Shown: in pieces, positions 11,056-25,169 of the stretch
How the letters are laid out: each line of letters starts with the position of its first letter
How positions within the stretch are numbered: the stretch's first letter is position 1
From: Camelus dromedarius
Lineage: Eukaryota
Direction of reading: 5' to 3'
DNA length: 64,000 bases
NCBI RefSeq assembly: GCF_036321535.1
Contig: NC_087438.1
Coordinates: 8,248,001-8,312,000, forward strand
Notes under the pieces: generated by a model
Seen by the model: the letters and a program-made list of their open reading frames with translations, nothing else
What the model was told of the DNA's origin: nothing
Databases searched by the model: none
Made by a program: the position numbers and the translations under genes

Positions 11056-13629
11056 AACTTTATTCTTCCTGGAAAAACCATGACTTGACCTGGTAAAGAG
11101 TGACTATAGATTATCTCAATATTAGGACCCTCTTTTCTAGTAAAACTTGGATTGGCTTTGTCTGCATTCCATTCCCTTGGCCAATCTGCATCAGAATTGT
11201 TGATTCCAAGTATTAAACAGAAGGATCAGGTCCATCTGTAATACATGGTATGAGTGTAAGTTCTCCAGAAGGGAACTGTCATGCTGGATTTCACCACCCT
11301 CCCACCAAGTAGGAATGCCAAAAATCACCGTGGCAGAGTGAAGCTTGTGCTAGGTCTAAAGTGAGTAAACTCTAGTAGCAGAATTCCTTCTACTGTAGTT
11401 TCTGAGAAACCTACAGTATAGCTTCAGGCCTTGATTTCAGTCATAGCAACTTGTCACTTGTAGGACTCTCCCAGGCTTTATTTAGTTTCCTTAGAGTCCT
11501 GCCTGATGCTGTCTAGACTGACCTCAAAGGATAGCCCTTCCAGCTTTGACTGCCTTCAGCCAGTGCCTCCTCACCCACCATCATGCCTCCCGCTTTCCCC
11601 ATCAGATGGGCAGCCCTGCTCTCCCGCTGATCTTGAGAGCTTTTCTGGGGAAACTGTGCTACTTCATCTGCCATCTCCCATAGCTCAGCACCTAGCAGTC
11701 TGCAACAAATAGACTTAATACAGTCAGGATTTCTGTTTATGAGAAATGCTAATGATGGTAACTACTTGCATTTCACAACAGAACAGTGTGATTCTATGAA
11801 CCGAAAGAAACAAGTGAAAAGAAATGACGACTTTGCACTATTTGGTTTATAGTTCATACTTGATGTAATTGTCATTGTTTTCCTCATTTCTGTACTTCCT
11901 ATTTTAATTCATGGAGAAGCAGAGGAGTGATTTGAATGCTCACACAGGTGGTGTACTTATTATGAGTTAAAAATATAACAAATATCCATATCAAAGGGAA
12001 AATGACACATCAAAGATGCTTTTTTCAAAATTAAGATGGCCATATTTTTTAAGGCTATTTACCTTCCAATAGCACTTTTAATTTTGCCTCCTTCCCCCAC
12101 AATCACATGTCAGATAAATCCTATTTTAACACCAAGAAATGTATCAGAGGACCCTTCTGTCTAGTTGAGCCTTCCTTGATCATTCTCAAGCAATTTTTGT
12201 CATCTATCTAAGTCTCTATTTCTTCACCATCACTCTTACAAAGGAATAATGACAGCTCTGACCTTAAACGGTTATTCTGAAAATTGAATTAAATAATCCA
12301 GGTCAAATATGTATCATATGTTCAGTTCACGGTACATGCTCAGTGCACTCCGGCATCATCATCCTCCCCACCATCACCACTCAACACATACTTAATCATC
12401 ATCTACTTTGAATTTCCTTAGCACTCTTCAAAGTCATCTGCCACATGTTACTAGTATTCTGATCCTAACACAGTATCCGGCAGAAATTAAGCATTTAGTA
12501 AATGTGTATTGAGTGTTGGTCAAGTCTTAGCCTCTTGTTAGTTCTACTTATACAAAGATCATGTTGCGTCCCTTCTGAGGCTGGATATAGTGTTACGGAT
12601 GTAGCAAACCCAGTAGATGCTCACTGACTGAAGAGCGCATGGCCAGTGTTAAACATCCATTAGGAAATCATGCAGAGAGCTTGGTATCCCATTACAATGA
12701 CGAGCGATACCAGATCCCCTCCCAACAGGAATAATTTATAAACGCTCCTCTCTCGCCCTTTACGGATAACTGATTACATGTAGAAAGAACACTGCTGTAA
12801 CCTATGCAGCAGTATGAGACCAGCCTCACATGGTGACGTTAAAGCCCAGGGAAGAAAGAGACCCGTCTCAAATCAATCAGACACACTGTGTGGCTACTGG
12901 CTATTCATTCTGGCATCAAAGAGTGGGAGAATTTAAAATATTAAATAGGTAGGGAAATGATAAATAGAGAGTAATCTATTTAATACTGTCACTTAAACAG
13001 AGTTTTGAGTGCATCAGAATAAAGACCGTAAATTTTGCACAAAAGACATGATGAAGGTACAATTCATTATTCAGCCTCTGGATGGGGTGGTTTAGTGGAA
13101 GCAGCCTTGGACAGGAAGTCATAGAGATCCAGCTGCAGAGTCTCAACTTCCTGATTTCGGACAAATCACCTTTCATGCGGGACTTAGTTTTCATCTGAAG
13201 CCTGTCCCTTCCCTTCCAGTTGTAAAACTCCAAGTTTCAAGTAATAACCCCATCACCACAATCTGGCTTTTGGTTAGCATGTGCCTCTAGAAGCATTGCC
13301 ACAGATGACAATCAACTCTCTTCTCCACGTTAGAATTCAACATCCTATCCTGGCTCTATCTGCAGGGAGATAGTATCAAATCAGTGGTCACAGTGAGGAC
13401 GTGCTGCAGTGGCCAGCTGTTTCCCCAGGTGAACGAGGGTCTCACACAGTCCAGGAATATCACAGACCAGTACTTCCCATTCATTCTGGTCCCAGCCTAC
13501 TCAGGACAAGATGGTAGACAGGGCCACAGCAGGTATCAGACCGCATTATTCAAGACTCGTTAAATCCCATTATTCCGTATAGGAATACACCATTCATCGT
13601 ACACAGGCACTGTTCTTGGATAATAAATG

Positions 13630-14702
13630 AACCTCCTAGAAGAAAATATAGGCAAAACATTATCTGACACACATCTCAAAAATGTTCTCCTAGGGCAGTC
13701 TACCCAAGCAATAGAAATAAAAGCAAGAATAAACAAATGGGACCTAATCAAACTTACAAGCTTCTGCATGCAAAGGAAACCATAAGTAAAACAAAAAGAC
13801 AACCTACAGAATGGGAGAAAATTTTTGCAAATGAAACCGACAGAGGCTTGATCTCCAGAATATATAAGCAGCTCATACGACTTAGTAAAAAAAAAAAAAA
13901 CAAACAACCCAATCCAAAAATGGGCAGAAGACCTAAACAAGCAATTCTCCAAGGAAGAAATACAAATGATCAATAGGCACATGAAAAAATGCTCAATATC
14001 ACTAATTATCAGAGAAATGCAAATCAAAACTACAATGAGGTATCACCTCACACCAGCCAGAATGGCCATCATTCAAAAGTCCACAAATGACAAATGCTGG
14101 AGAGGCTGTGGAGAAAAGGGAACCCTCGTACACTGCTGGTGGGAATGCAGTTTGGTGCAGCCACTGTGGAAAACAATATGGAGATTCCTCAAAAGACTAG
14201 GAATAGACTTACCGTATGACCCAGGAATCCCGCTTCTGGGCATATATTCAGAAGGAACCCTACTTCAAAATGACACCTGCACCCCAATGTTCATAGCAGC
14301 ACTATTTACAACAGCCAAGACATGAAAACAGCCTAAGTGCCCATCAACAGATGACTGGATAAAGAAGATATGGTATATTTCTACAATGGAATACTATTCA
14401 GCCATAAAAACGACAACATAATGCCATTTGCAGCAACGTGGATGTTCCTGGAGAATGTCATTCTAAATGAAGTAAGCCAGAAAGAGAAAGAAAAATACCA
14501 TATGGGAATTCACATGTGGAATCTAAAAAAAACAAAACAAAACAAAACATAAATACCAAACAGAAACAGACTCATAGACATAGAATACAAACTTGTGGTT
14601 CAAGGGGGCGGGGAGTAGGAAGGGACGGACTGGGATTTCAAAATGTAGAATAGATAAACAAGATTATACTGTATAGCACAGGGAAATATACAAGATCTTG
14701 TG
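13630..14702 (+). mobile_element. Young 5'-truncated L1 (ORF2 C-terminus plus partial 3' UTR), 3' end deleted
   Basis: ORF 13966-14325 encodes the ORF2p C-terminal Cys-rich region ([18 protein letters not shown]). Near-identical to 57200-58266 but stops at 'caagatcttgtg' with no poly(A). Confidence 0.95.
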
Positions 14703-14743
14703 CACGCTAAGCACACGCTCTACCACTGAGCTATACTCTCCCC
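14697..14743 (-). mobile_element. 5' head of a tRNA-derived SINE (vic-1-like), truncated
   Basis: Reverse complement GGGGAGAGTATAGCTCAGTGGTAGAGCGTGTGCTTAGCGTGCACAAG has the A box; B box and tail are missing. Confidence 0.9.
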
Positions 14744-15996
14744 TTCACTTTTAAAAATCAAGTTTCTGTGGGAAACAAGGACATTTTCAACATACCTTGC
14801 CTAATATTTCTGATATCAAGAACCTGCAGTGGCGCTATCTGACATGATTATATGCAACAGGCAGGCTTCCCATGTCATTTGCCATTGAACATGTAGATTT
14901 TTTAAATTCCATAACTGGTACTAATTTCACACATAATCCACAAATACTGGTCATGTTCAAAGCTTAATACAGAAAAAAATTATGAAGGATAACAATTAGG
15001 TTTTCTTCAAGGCTTGTTCCAGCTCTAAAGCACATCATTTTATAATATCCAGGGTGATCATGCAGATGTGTAACAGGGCTATTTTCAAATCACGTAAGAT
15101 TACTTTCGATATGGTTTCTCTTTTGGAGGTGTTTTTATGCCTTTGAAAAATAACTTCCCAGTAGACATAAATGCACAGAGTACATGTACTGAGGCACAGG
15201 TGCATAACCAGCAGTCCCTCAACCGTTAATGACCTTAAACTTCAGCACCCAGAGCGGAAACTGTCAATCCTCTTTTCATGTTATCACTCTATACCAGGAT
15301 AATCTCAGTCCTACAAAGGGGCATTTCTCAGGTGTCCATCGGTTTGGTGGTTAAGGTGCAAAGTACCTAGGCTGGAGTCCACACCTCTTGAGAGAGAAAC
15401 TTTGGGTGGATATAGAGCACATGATCGTGAGAATGGCAGGGCCCCGCCAAGAGGAACACAATGAGAAGAACGCACTGGTTTATTCACTGGTGTCTGAAAG
15501 AGCTAACGCAGGAGGGCTCCCCGGCATCTGCTCTCTCTCTCTCTCCTGCCCCTCCCTCTCCCCCCACCCCCAGCTGGAATGCCTCCTGGTTGCATATCCA
15601 AGTCCCGCCCACCCTTCTCCACTAAGTCCACTAACTCTTCTCTTGATGAGCCCTCCTTGGCCCCGGTCAGCACACACTGACCTCTCCTTGCTGTGAATCA
15701 GGGGCTGGCGGTGGGGTGGGGTGGGGTGGAGTTCAGACTGCCCACACCTCCCATCTTCCTTTTCACCAGGCACTGTCTGGTCTCCAGGCCTCCCCCTAAG
15801 GCCCTGGGTTCTGGCGCTTTATCTGTTATTGTCACAGCGATTCTTCAGTTAATTAATCCCCTGGTTATACAAGTTCAGCCATGTTCAAAAAGAGATCCTC
15901 ATAAATCATGATGGGCAGAAATGCTTGTTCAGAAGAAAAAAAAAAAATCCCTTAAGGGCCAGCTCCTTCTGGAATTGTCTCTGTTGGAGGTAAGAT

Positions 15997-16140
15997 GACG
16001 GACGGGAGGAACCCTAACCCCGCCAGCGCCCCGGCTCCCCACCCCGATGCGCCCCGCGCTGCGTCTCGGGCTCCCCCAGCCCCGCCCCCGCGCCGCCCCC
16101 GCCCGCACCAGGCACAACTGCGCACTTCCACCTCCTGACA
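15997..16140. promoter_or_regulatory. Small CpG-rich, GC-box-rich patch (candidate intronic promoter or enhancer)
   Basis: Dense CpGs, tandem CCCCGCCC boxes at 16079-16105, TGCGCA at 16119-16124, ETS-type CACTTCC at 16123-16129. Function inferred. Confidence 0.45.
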
Positions 16141-19100
16141 AAACAGAGCGATCTGAACGGTCTCCTTGACTTATGACACCCCGACTTCAACACAACCCCT
16201 CTCAAGCATTAAACCCAAAGTAGTCTGGCTATAATTTTCGGAATGAAAGGCTTTTGTCCTTTGGCTAACAGGATTTCAAGCATCAGCAAACAGAGTGCTT
16301 TTATTGTTGCTTTGAGTCTAGAAGGACCAGGGAAGGGACACTCCGGCCCTTGGTGCTTTAATGGTAGGGGAGGCAGTGACAGTGACATGGCATGAACAGA
16401 GAACCCAGTGTTCACACAGTTTCTTTCCCCAACAAAGCCCTCTCTCCATGAGGATTTTAGGTAATTGGAAGATTGGTACTAGAGACAAAGGGGCGGGGGC
16501 GGGAGTATAGCTTCTAGTTGTTCCTTAAGAAATTCCTCTCTCTAAAAGAGTCTACCTTTTCTATTTTTAACAAAGCATCTAGACACTTCAACACAATTAT
16601 TGCTCAGAACAAAATAAATGTAGTATGAACGTTCTCTGGTGGCAATATACACTGGGACTTGCATCATACATCAAATTACGTACGAAGAGTTCACTCACTA
16701 TGCAAAGCTTATCTTTGTTTCCCGTCATGCGAAGCAAGCAAACACTCACAAAAAGACTATAATGGTGTCCTTTTACTTGAGTCCTTCAACTAGCATCCCT
16801 TATCTGCTGTGTTCACTGATCCACAGCTTATTCATAATTCTTTGCACGATATGATCTGACACAGGAATTTAAGCAGAATATGTAACTAACATTACCTAAC
16901 TTGGAGAAGCAGCTTGTCTAAAGAAGCTGAAGGTGGGTTTTGTGTCCATCACAGATGGGCCTTCCCGAGAGGGAGAGGAAACGCACCAGTGAGCGCTTCA
17001 ATGCTTTTAAACACAGTCAAACGTCCACACTGGAATTACCAATGGAGATTTTTTTACCCTCAACCCAACTCACAGAACTTAGAGCACAGTTATCAACAAG
17101 AAACGGTTACAGAATTATTAGTCATCAACAATTGCTGAAGTGGCAACGGGAAACCTCCTCTCTGGGTACCCTCTTTGGCCAGGAGGCTCTTGCCAACACA
17201 CATGATACTTCAGAGTTAAACTTACAGACTGTGCACAAATAGAAACGCTGTCTTTTATATTATGAATAAAATGTTCAAACTAAAAGCATATAATCATATT
17301 TGATTTTCCCAAAGAATTTAGGAAGAGTTTCAATGTAAACATTTTGATTTAAGTTCTCTGGCTTTGCAGGTAAAGATCTCCAATTTTCCATCACCTGCTG
17401 TGAGACACCAGAAACACCAAAATCTGGAGGAAGAGCAGTGCTGTCACCTCCTTCCACAACAATCCACTAGGCATCTCTGGGACTTTTTTTTTTTTTTTTA
17501 ATTCATTATTCCAGTTAGAGTTTCTCACCAGGAATTCAGTTATCAGATAACACTCTTTTAAGCGATGATGTCACTATATTTAACATTTCATATATACCTG
17601 TCTTCTAAATTTTACTGTGTCCTCTTAAAGAAGAGAGGGTGATCTTAAGCTTTATTTTCCCCACAGCACTTGACAGAGAACAGCAGACAGAGAGACACAT
17701 GATCAACATTTGTATAACGAATGTCTCCCTAAACGGATACCCTAGGATGTCTTCTAAATAAGGGCAGTTTGTGACTTGGCTACTGAGATGTATTGGAGGT
17801 CTAGAGCATTTTCTAACTAGAATTAAACAGATTTCTCTAGAAAAGCAAGTAAACTAGAATAATATCATAGTCACATAATAGTATTAACAGGTTCAGTTGA
17901 AAAAGAAACCACGCGGTACTAGCATCCATGTAAAGAGAGGCATGTTTAAAAGCTCCCAGGGGGCTTATCCATCAATGTCATTTTCACAATCGGTCTCATA
18001 CACGGCTCAGGAAGAATGAACATACTGTTACTCCTGCAATTGTACTTGGTGTCAAATGACACCGCCATCCATCAAGGAGGCATCGCGGTAAATTCAAGCG
18101 AAGTCTGCCTTGGGCTGTATGCACAGAGGCTTTTGGGAACACCGATTATTCTTAGAGCTTCAAAACCATGCTCTGAAGGAACGAAAGGGCAGCTTTTCAT
18201 TTGTACGCTTACTTCAGGTTCATCAAGTAAAGCACAGCAACCCACGGGGATGAAAATGCATTCCCCACGATCCACTTTAACATGAAGTTTCTCATTAAAC
18301 ATATTCCGGAGTTAGTCCTCCATTGGCGGTTTTATACAGTCAAAGTAACTGGAAGGTATCAGAGGGGCTGGGACAGCCCTGACTAGAACAGGAATCAAGC
18401 TTCCTTGGAAACCACCAAAAGGGAGTTGTGGGATCTGGGGCTGGTACCAGACTTCTGAGTGGAGTCAAGGTTTCCCAAAACTCTGTCCCAAATGTCCAGA
18501 TACATACTGATGCCAAACCCGGCCCAACTCAGCCTGACCTTGCCTCAGGGACGATGGCCATTCCCAGCTGGACGTCTGGGGCAGAGTTTGGACCAGGCTC
18601 AAAGGACAGGAGCATCGATATACTTGCTGAATAGAAAAAAGCACCTGGGTGTGGCAGGCATTTCTCTGAATTAATCTCTATCAGCCCTGATTGTAGTGGG
18701 GGCATCAAGCTGCTTCTTATCCTCAGCATGGAGGTGGTCCCCGTGGCTGCTGGGGCCAAGCAGAGTTGCCCTGGGGTGGACAGTTTATGTCACTGGCTTC
18801 GGGGGGCACACCTGAGTTTCTGATCCTCTAACAGGAGGATGCAGACCTGTTCTGACATCACTGGGTGATGAAAACACTTGGGAAGACAAGCCCCAGGCGC
18901 ACACTGCACTAACCTTGGCAAGTAAATGCTTGCAGTAGATGGCAGAGAACAGACCAAGGATGCTTGAGCATACCTGCCGTCACTTGCTGTGAGATCTAGA
19001 GAAGTAAAAGCTGCTTATTCCTGGCCAAAAGGTGATGAAAATCAAGGACTCACCCAAGGCAGGACTTTTTTTATCCTACAGAGGGGGTCTTCCCAAATCA

Positions 19101-19183
19101 AAGTGGGAATGCTAAATTATGTACACACTGCCAAATGAGGGAACAATGCTAGCTTGAATGTTCTATCAGATGCATAAAAACAG

Positions 19184-19364
19184 TTTTTTATAGGATTTTT
19201 AAAATTTTTATAAAGCATTTTTATTGTTTTGTGTTTTGGGGGGTGGGGTGGGGGGAAGAGGTAGTTAGGTTTACTTCTTGTTTTTTTAATGGAGGTACTG
19301 GGGATTGAACCCAGGACCTTGTGCATGCTAGGCATGCACTCTACCACTGAGATGCACCCTCCCC
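19184..19364 (-). mobile_element. tRNA-derived SINE (vic-1-like)
   Basis: A box CTCAGTGG, B box GGTTCAATCCC, A-rich tail. TSD taaaaacag at 19175-19183 and 19365-19373. Confidence 0.92.
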
Positions 19365-21418
19365 TAAAAACAGGGGTTTTTTTTTTTGGTTTTTTTTTTC
19401 CTTTTAAACGAGCTATTGTTACGTTTGGGAATGCTAATAAATTGATTATCCAATTTCTGTTAAAAAAAAAAAAAAGCAAATGCTCCGTAAAGCCTTCTTT
19501 CGAGGAGGTACATTTTCTTTGTAGATATTCAGAAAAGCTGACAATAACGAATAGAAACTCTTCTATAGTTCATAAACAAGAAATACACACTATGGTTCTA
19601 CATACCTTGAGCCATCTCTGAGCTATTTTTAACTCTGCTTTAGTGCTCAAGAGAAACTCACAGAAAAAAAAATGATTCAATGAAAAGCAATACCCTCAAG
19701 GGAGCATAATCAAATAAAGCTTAGTTTGGAAATGGGTTTTGTAGTCTCCTAAATACAATGCATGCTACGGATTTACTCGATCTTTAACCAAACCATGAAT
19801 ATGAATGGGAACTTCCAAGTAACCCAGGATTATGCAGATCACTTAAGCTTTAGTTAGAGTAAAATTTCAAATAGATGTAGAAATATTTCATAAAAAAGGG
19901 CTGTAAAGGGATTAATCGTATCTCAAACAATCTAAAATCATGGCTTTGAAAGATCTTGCTTTAGTTTATTGTCTTTAAAAATTACTCAGAACAATATGCT
20001 CTTAGGTACCTAGAACGGAATTATCAAAATCCTTTTGTATTGATAACTCCATCATCCCTACATTATTTAGAAACAATAATTTATCTTGAAATTACACACT
20101 ATAGGCCATAAGATTGCTTTTTAAGCTGTATTCTTTCCAGAGCTTTAAGCTATACTGTGCCCTGAAGTTAGCTTAGTTTCAGATACCGAAATGCTTCTAT
20201 CAAATGCGCAGCCTAGATTCTCCTTGAGTACAGTATCTCCATTGGTTTTAACTCCCTGTGTGCCCACCTCAAACTTTTCAGTATCAAGGAAGTTGTAACA
20301 ATTCCAGCTGGGAAGCAAGTGTGAAGTGAGGATTCCAGAATGGCTTCTAATATCTAAATACATAATGAAAATACCAATTGAAGGATTATTTTGGTAAGTA
20401 TCACTAGAAATGGATGGGAGAGGAATAATTCTGTCCCAACCATGTGGTTTGAGAGAATCCAGCGTTAAACCATTTTGGCATCATTGCCCAGCAGACACAA
20501 AGGTCGCCCAGCCTGTGTCTGTGGCACAGGGGAGCCCCCTCTCTGCTTTTAGGTCCTGGGGCCAGCAACTTCCCAGAAGAAAGCTGAAGTTCACTCCAAG
20601 AATAATAAAGCAGCATTTCCCTGGCAGGAATGGCCAGTCTCCACTCAGTCCAGGAGACTGAATCTTCTGGACCTGGAAAGTAGTGAGATCCACAGGACTT
20701 CAGTCCTCAAGCCCTGAGCCTTGTACCCAGAGTTCCAGAGTGCAGAACTTTCCAGAATCTGACACCTGTCACACAACGGTGGTAGGACCCTGCCATCTCT
20801 AACCACATATATACCTTCACAAAACTCATCTCACCCATGACTGCATGTCTCCGGCATCCCTTCTGCATTGGCAGAACCCAGTGGTGTAGATTTTGGTACT
20901 CATTTTTGAAGGGCCCAGTGACCATGGCTCGATTATGAACTCCCGATTGGGATTCTTAACTGCCAATCACCCATGCCTAGGATGAAAAATCTTACCTTGC
21001 AAACACACACATTTTATACCATTTACACTAAAGTAGCTTTAAAATAAATTCCTCTATGCACAATCTAACACGTCTTGCAGACATAACTATCATTATAGGC
21101 TTACTCCACTGGTGGGACAGGAAGTGATGGAAAATGTTGATACCTTGTTAGAATTATCTATTCTGAATTTACAAAAGAAGGCCAAATCCAGTGTGAGCAT
21201 GCTAAAGCAGATGTTACAACTCTTCCCCAAAAAAGTAGGGTTGGCCAATGAAACTAGGAATATTAGGGCCATGGCAACATGTCAAATACAGAAACAAAAG
21301 CAAACAAGAGGGGACTAATCAAGGAATCAAGTCTATGTAGGTGAGGGATGAGGAGGTGGAGGGCAGACAGGACACCTTGGCTCATGGGGGTAAACTAAAA
21401 ATGTTAGGGCGAAAGAGT

Positions 21419-21675
21419 CTCACAAACATAGAGAACAAGCTTATGGTTACCAGTGGGGAAGCGGGGGGGAGGGGGCAAACTGGGAGTTCAAAGATTTGCG
21501 GATACTAACTGCTATATATAAAACAGGTAAACAGCAAGGTACTACTGCATAGCACAGGAAGCTACATTCAGTATCTTACAGTAACCTACAATAAAAAAGA
21601 ATATGAAAATGAATTTTATGTATATGTATGACTGAAACACTGTAAACTAGAAAAAACAAATAAAATTAAAAAAAA
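21419..21675 (+). mobile_element. L1 3' UTR fragment
   Basis: Homologous to 6635-6958 ('catagagaacaagcttatggttaccag...atagcacagg...atatgtatgactg'). A-tail; short TSD aaagagt. Confidence 0.8.
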
Positions 21676-22006
21676 AAGAGTAATGACAACAATAAAAAAT
21701 TAAGGTGAGTTACCGACATGGAGGATTTTTACCATAAGGTAGTAAATATTAATTATTAAAGGGGAACATCTCAGAAAAGAGTAAGAAACAAAATTAAAAC
21801 CACCCAAAGACAACACTCGTTCTTTTGTTTTATGATTTTCCAGGCTTCTTTTCTGTAAATACTTCACACAGTTGAAACACCGCACATAGGAATTTATAGT
21901 CTGCTGCCTTCACCGAAGATGACACTGTCATTTAACAATGATTTTGATCACTGATTTGCTTGTCTGCTAAATAAAGTCCAGTGGCATTATTACAGGAGAT
22001 AGTAAC

Positions 22007-22378
22007 TGTGATGGAGGCTGTGACGCTCTGACCAGATCTCTCCCAAGAAGGAAGGATCTATTCCTCCAGCTGCCAGACAATCCTCAGCTGTCAGCTCCCC
22101 AGGAAGCAGCTCAGCCCAAGAATAAGCTCCCCGCTCTTCTCCCGGAGCCTACAACCCGGGAAGGTAGAATGTGAGCACATGCAGGCCTCGCCCCCTTTCC
22201 CCTTCCGTAGGTGGGCGGGGCCTTTGCTGTGACGGCACCGGCCCAATGTCTCCCTCTGCCCCTTCCAGTGTCCTGGTCCCTTCCCTTGCGCAGTGTTCAT
22301 CTCAAGAGACCCCCGCAAACCTCCTGGATGCTACTCTTCATATCAGTCTGCTTCCCGGGGAACCTGGCCTGAAAGATG
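22007..22378 (+). mobile_element. ERVL solo LTR (LTR16-like)
   Basis: Starts 'tgtgatggaggctgtg', contains 'ctcagctgtcagctcc', ends 'cagtctgcttcccggggaacctggcctgaaaga'. Confidence 0.65.
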
Positions 22379-22621
22379 AGCTTTTATTAGAAACATAAGA
22401 TATTTAATCTTTGTTTTTGAGACAGCATTCTACAAGGCAATTTCAATTTCAGAATTTTAAAATATTCACTCACCTAGTCAGAAGGCGATTTAAGACCTTG
22501 GAACTATAAAGCAAATTTTACTGAGCTATTGAGCACCTACTGTAGGGCACCTACCTTGCCAGGGGCTGAAAATAATAAAACAAACATAATCTTTGATGTG
22601 GAGATTCTATGGAGATAACTG

Positions 22622-22705
22622 ACATGTGTGTTTGCATGACTGTGTGTGTGCTGAGTACAGTGTGTTGAGTGTGGTGTGTTGTGTGTATTGTATGTACATG
22701 TGTGA
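22622..22705. repeat. Degenerate (TG)n low-complexity tract
   Basis: Seen directly in the sequence. Confidence 0.7.
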
Positions 22706-25169
22706 GCTGGGGTGAACACTCTACAGAGAACAGAACTATTGAAAATACGGTATGAAATTGATGAAATTACCAGGAAATGAGAAATCCACTGTGTCTAAAA
22801 CTATTTTGTTCTATCATTTCAAATTATTTCTACAGTCTCAAAATAGTAAAAAAAAAAAAAAAATCCTGCTAGCTCAGGAAATAGACTTCAAGCACTATTT
22901 CAGAGAATAAATGTTGACGTTATCACGAAGAGTTGGATGCTGACTTCTCACAGCCACCCAACGTTTGCTTATTTTCTAGCGACGGAAAAAAAAGTGGGGA
23001 AGGGGATGGAAAAGCATTTGAAGGAGTCATTTTGCATAAAAGGAGCATGCAATTCAGAGAAAAGGGGAAATTATGTAAGCAATTAATGCCTCTTTATGAA
23101 ATGATAAGGCAATTAGTGGAAACTTTAACACCAGTGCTAGTATTCCCGTGAAGTGTAGCCCCAGGGGGCTGAGGAGGGGAGAAGTGGAAATGGAGGTTCA
23201 CAAAGACTCCTGGAGCCAAGAGCAGTCAAGGAGAGCTCACGCTCACGTGCATAAGAGGTCGCCATCTTTGCTAAAAATATTGAACTTATATTTATTCTTG
23301 CATCAAAACGCAAGACTTTTAATGCCTAAATGGATAAGTATTTTTAATAGGAAATAACAGGATAGTCTGTGCTTTTATTTTTGAGTCATCAGTTAACGGC
23401 TCTCAGCAGCCCTGCAAAAATCATACTCGGGGACAGTCTCTGAAATCCTAAAGAGGTGTGACCTTAGGATTCCTTCCACCCGGGAAGGGACTTTGTGGTC
23501 CACAGATGCCCTGGGGAGAATATGTGTTTCTAGCAGATCCCCTGGGGATCATGAGCAGCTGGGACCTCAGGCAGCCAGCATCCTTCAGCCCTGGCCACAC
23601 AGAGCCCCAGCTGAGTCCTGACTTCCAGAACAACTCCGCCTCTTCCGGTGGCCCAGGAAGCTTCCTTTCCAGCAATGGTACCCACCCCCACTTCAACATC
23701 AACATCCTCACCTAAGGCAGCTCTGTCTCTGGCTTCATAGAGACACCAGTGCTACAATCAGGGGGCCACTCAGCGCAGCTTCTTTCAAACCCTGATGTAT
23801 ACTGAAATCACCCCGGAGTCTGGAGATTCTGTGTGTCTAACAAGCTCCCAAGGGATGACATTCCTGGGCCTTCCTGGCACCTCACATTGAAAGTCAGGGC
23901 TTAGTGATGCAGACTGTGAGGGAGGCGAAGCTTGCCCATCCTCACGAAGAGCTGCCTGCATTCGCGATGCTGGCAAGACTGAAGGCATTCACAGCACCCC
24001 TGCTCTGCACAGCAGTGAATTTTACAGGATCATTTAATGCAAACAGTTCCTCCCGTTAGGGCCCTCCCCACATCAACATCCATCCTTTTCTTCTCCAATG
24101 GCAGGAATATAAAAACAGCCTTATCTCCTCAAATTTTATACTATTTCTATTTTGCAAACCATTTCACCTCCCTTAATTACTCTGAGTAGGAACATCTTGT
24201 GGAAGAATTGAAAACCCCAAGGTTGTTGCAAATAACTGCAACTCCCACACTTCCCCAGGCTTGGGAGGCACAAGAGTCTCGTGTTCTTGGCAGGAGTTGG
24301 GGACAGTCAGTAGCTCACACAGGGGCAGGAGGCCGAGACCCTAGGGCTGATTCTCTGACAGGTTAGGGCAAGACGCATTTAAAATGAGTCACGGGCTCCT
24401 TGTCTGGAAAGGGGAGTGATGCCTCCCTCTTCACTAGGTTGTTATCAGAGTAAAATTAATTGAAGCATGGGGATCTGCTTGTGGGCTAAATACTCTAAGA
24501 GACGAATAAACTCTCTTTCCCTCCAAGACTTTTCTGACAACCCATTCTCTCTAATCTAACTTTTGTTCTTAAAACACTTAAAATGAAGTAAAAACAACTC
24601 TGTCTACTTCTTACGGTACATTAATCTGCACCGATTTAAAATCCAAAAGGAATTCCAATAAAACGATTCACTTTCTCACTCTACTTAATTCTACTGCCTT
24701 GTCAAAGAAACAACCTGCAACATGGTCTAAAATGTGCTTCAAAATACCCCCAGCTAACGCACATCAACACTCTCCTGAGTGTGTGTTAGCCTCATAGTGT
24801 ACTTTCTTCTCAAATTTGTTTGTTTCTGGTACATAATTTTTCCCCATAGGTAGGATCATGCTGAGCACAAAATTTCTTGCCCTGCTTTCATTACTCTCCA
24901 TTATAACATGAGCATTTTTTACAAGTGTAAACTTGTTAGAGGCAGCTTTTTTCCTTATTTATTCCATGAGTAGTTACAGACTGAAGGGAAATGAAAAGAA
25001 TTACTACATCTGTAATCTCACAGAATTTTATCAAAAAACATGGTACTTCCATTCTTGACACATCTCAGGAAAAAATGGAATTGGTAGAATATGGAACTGT
25101 GTGTAGCGGGAAAATTATACAATTAGTAAGCTATATGAAAGGGTTGCCTTACAAGGATCATTTCCCCTT

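Noticed and set aside
15241..15266. REST/RE1 site
   Set aside because: Only the left half TTCAGCACC is present; the GGACAG right half is absent at canonical spacing.
15929..16205. GC-rich ORFs or a processed pseudogene at the CpG patch
   Set aside because: Low-complexity Gly/Arg translations, with no TSD-flanked poly(A) structure and no recognisable parent gene.
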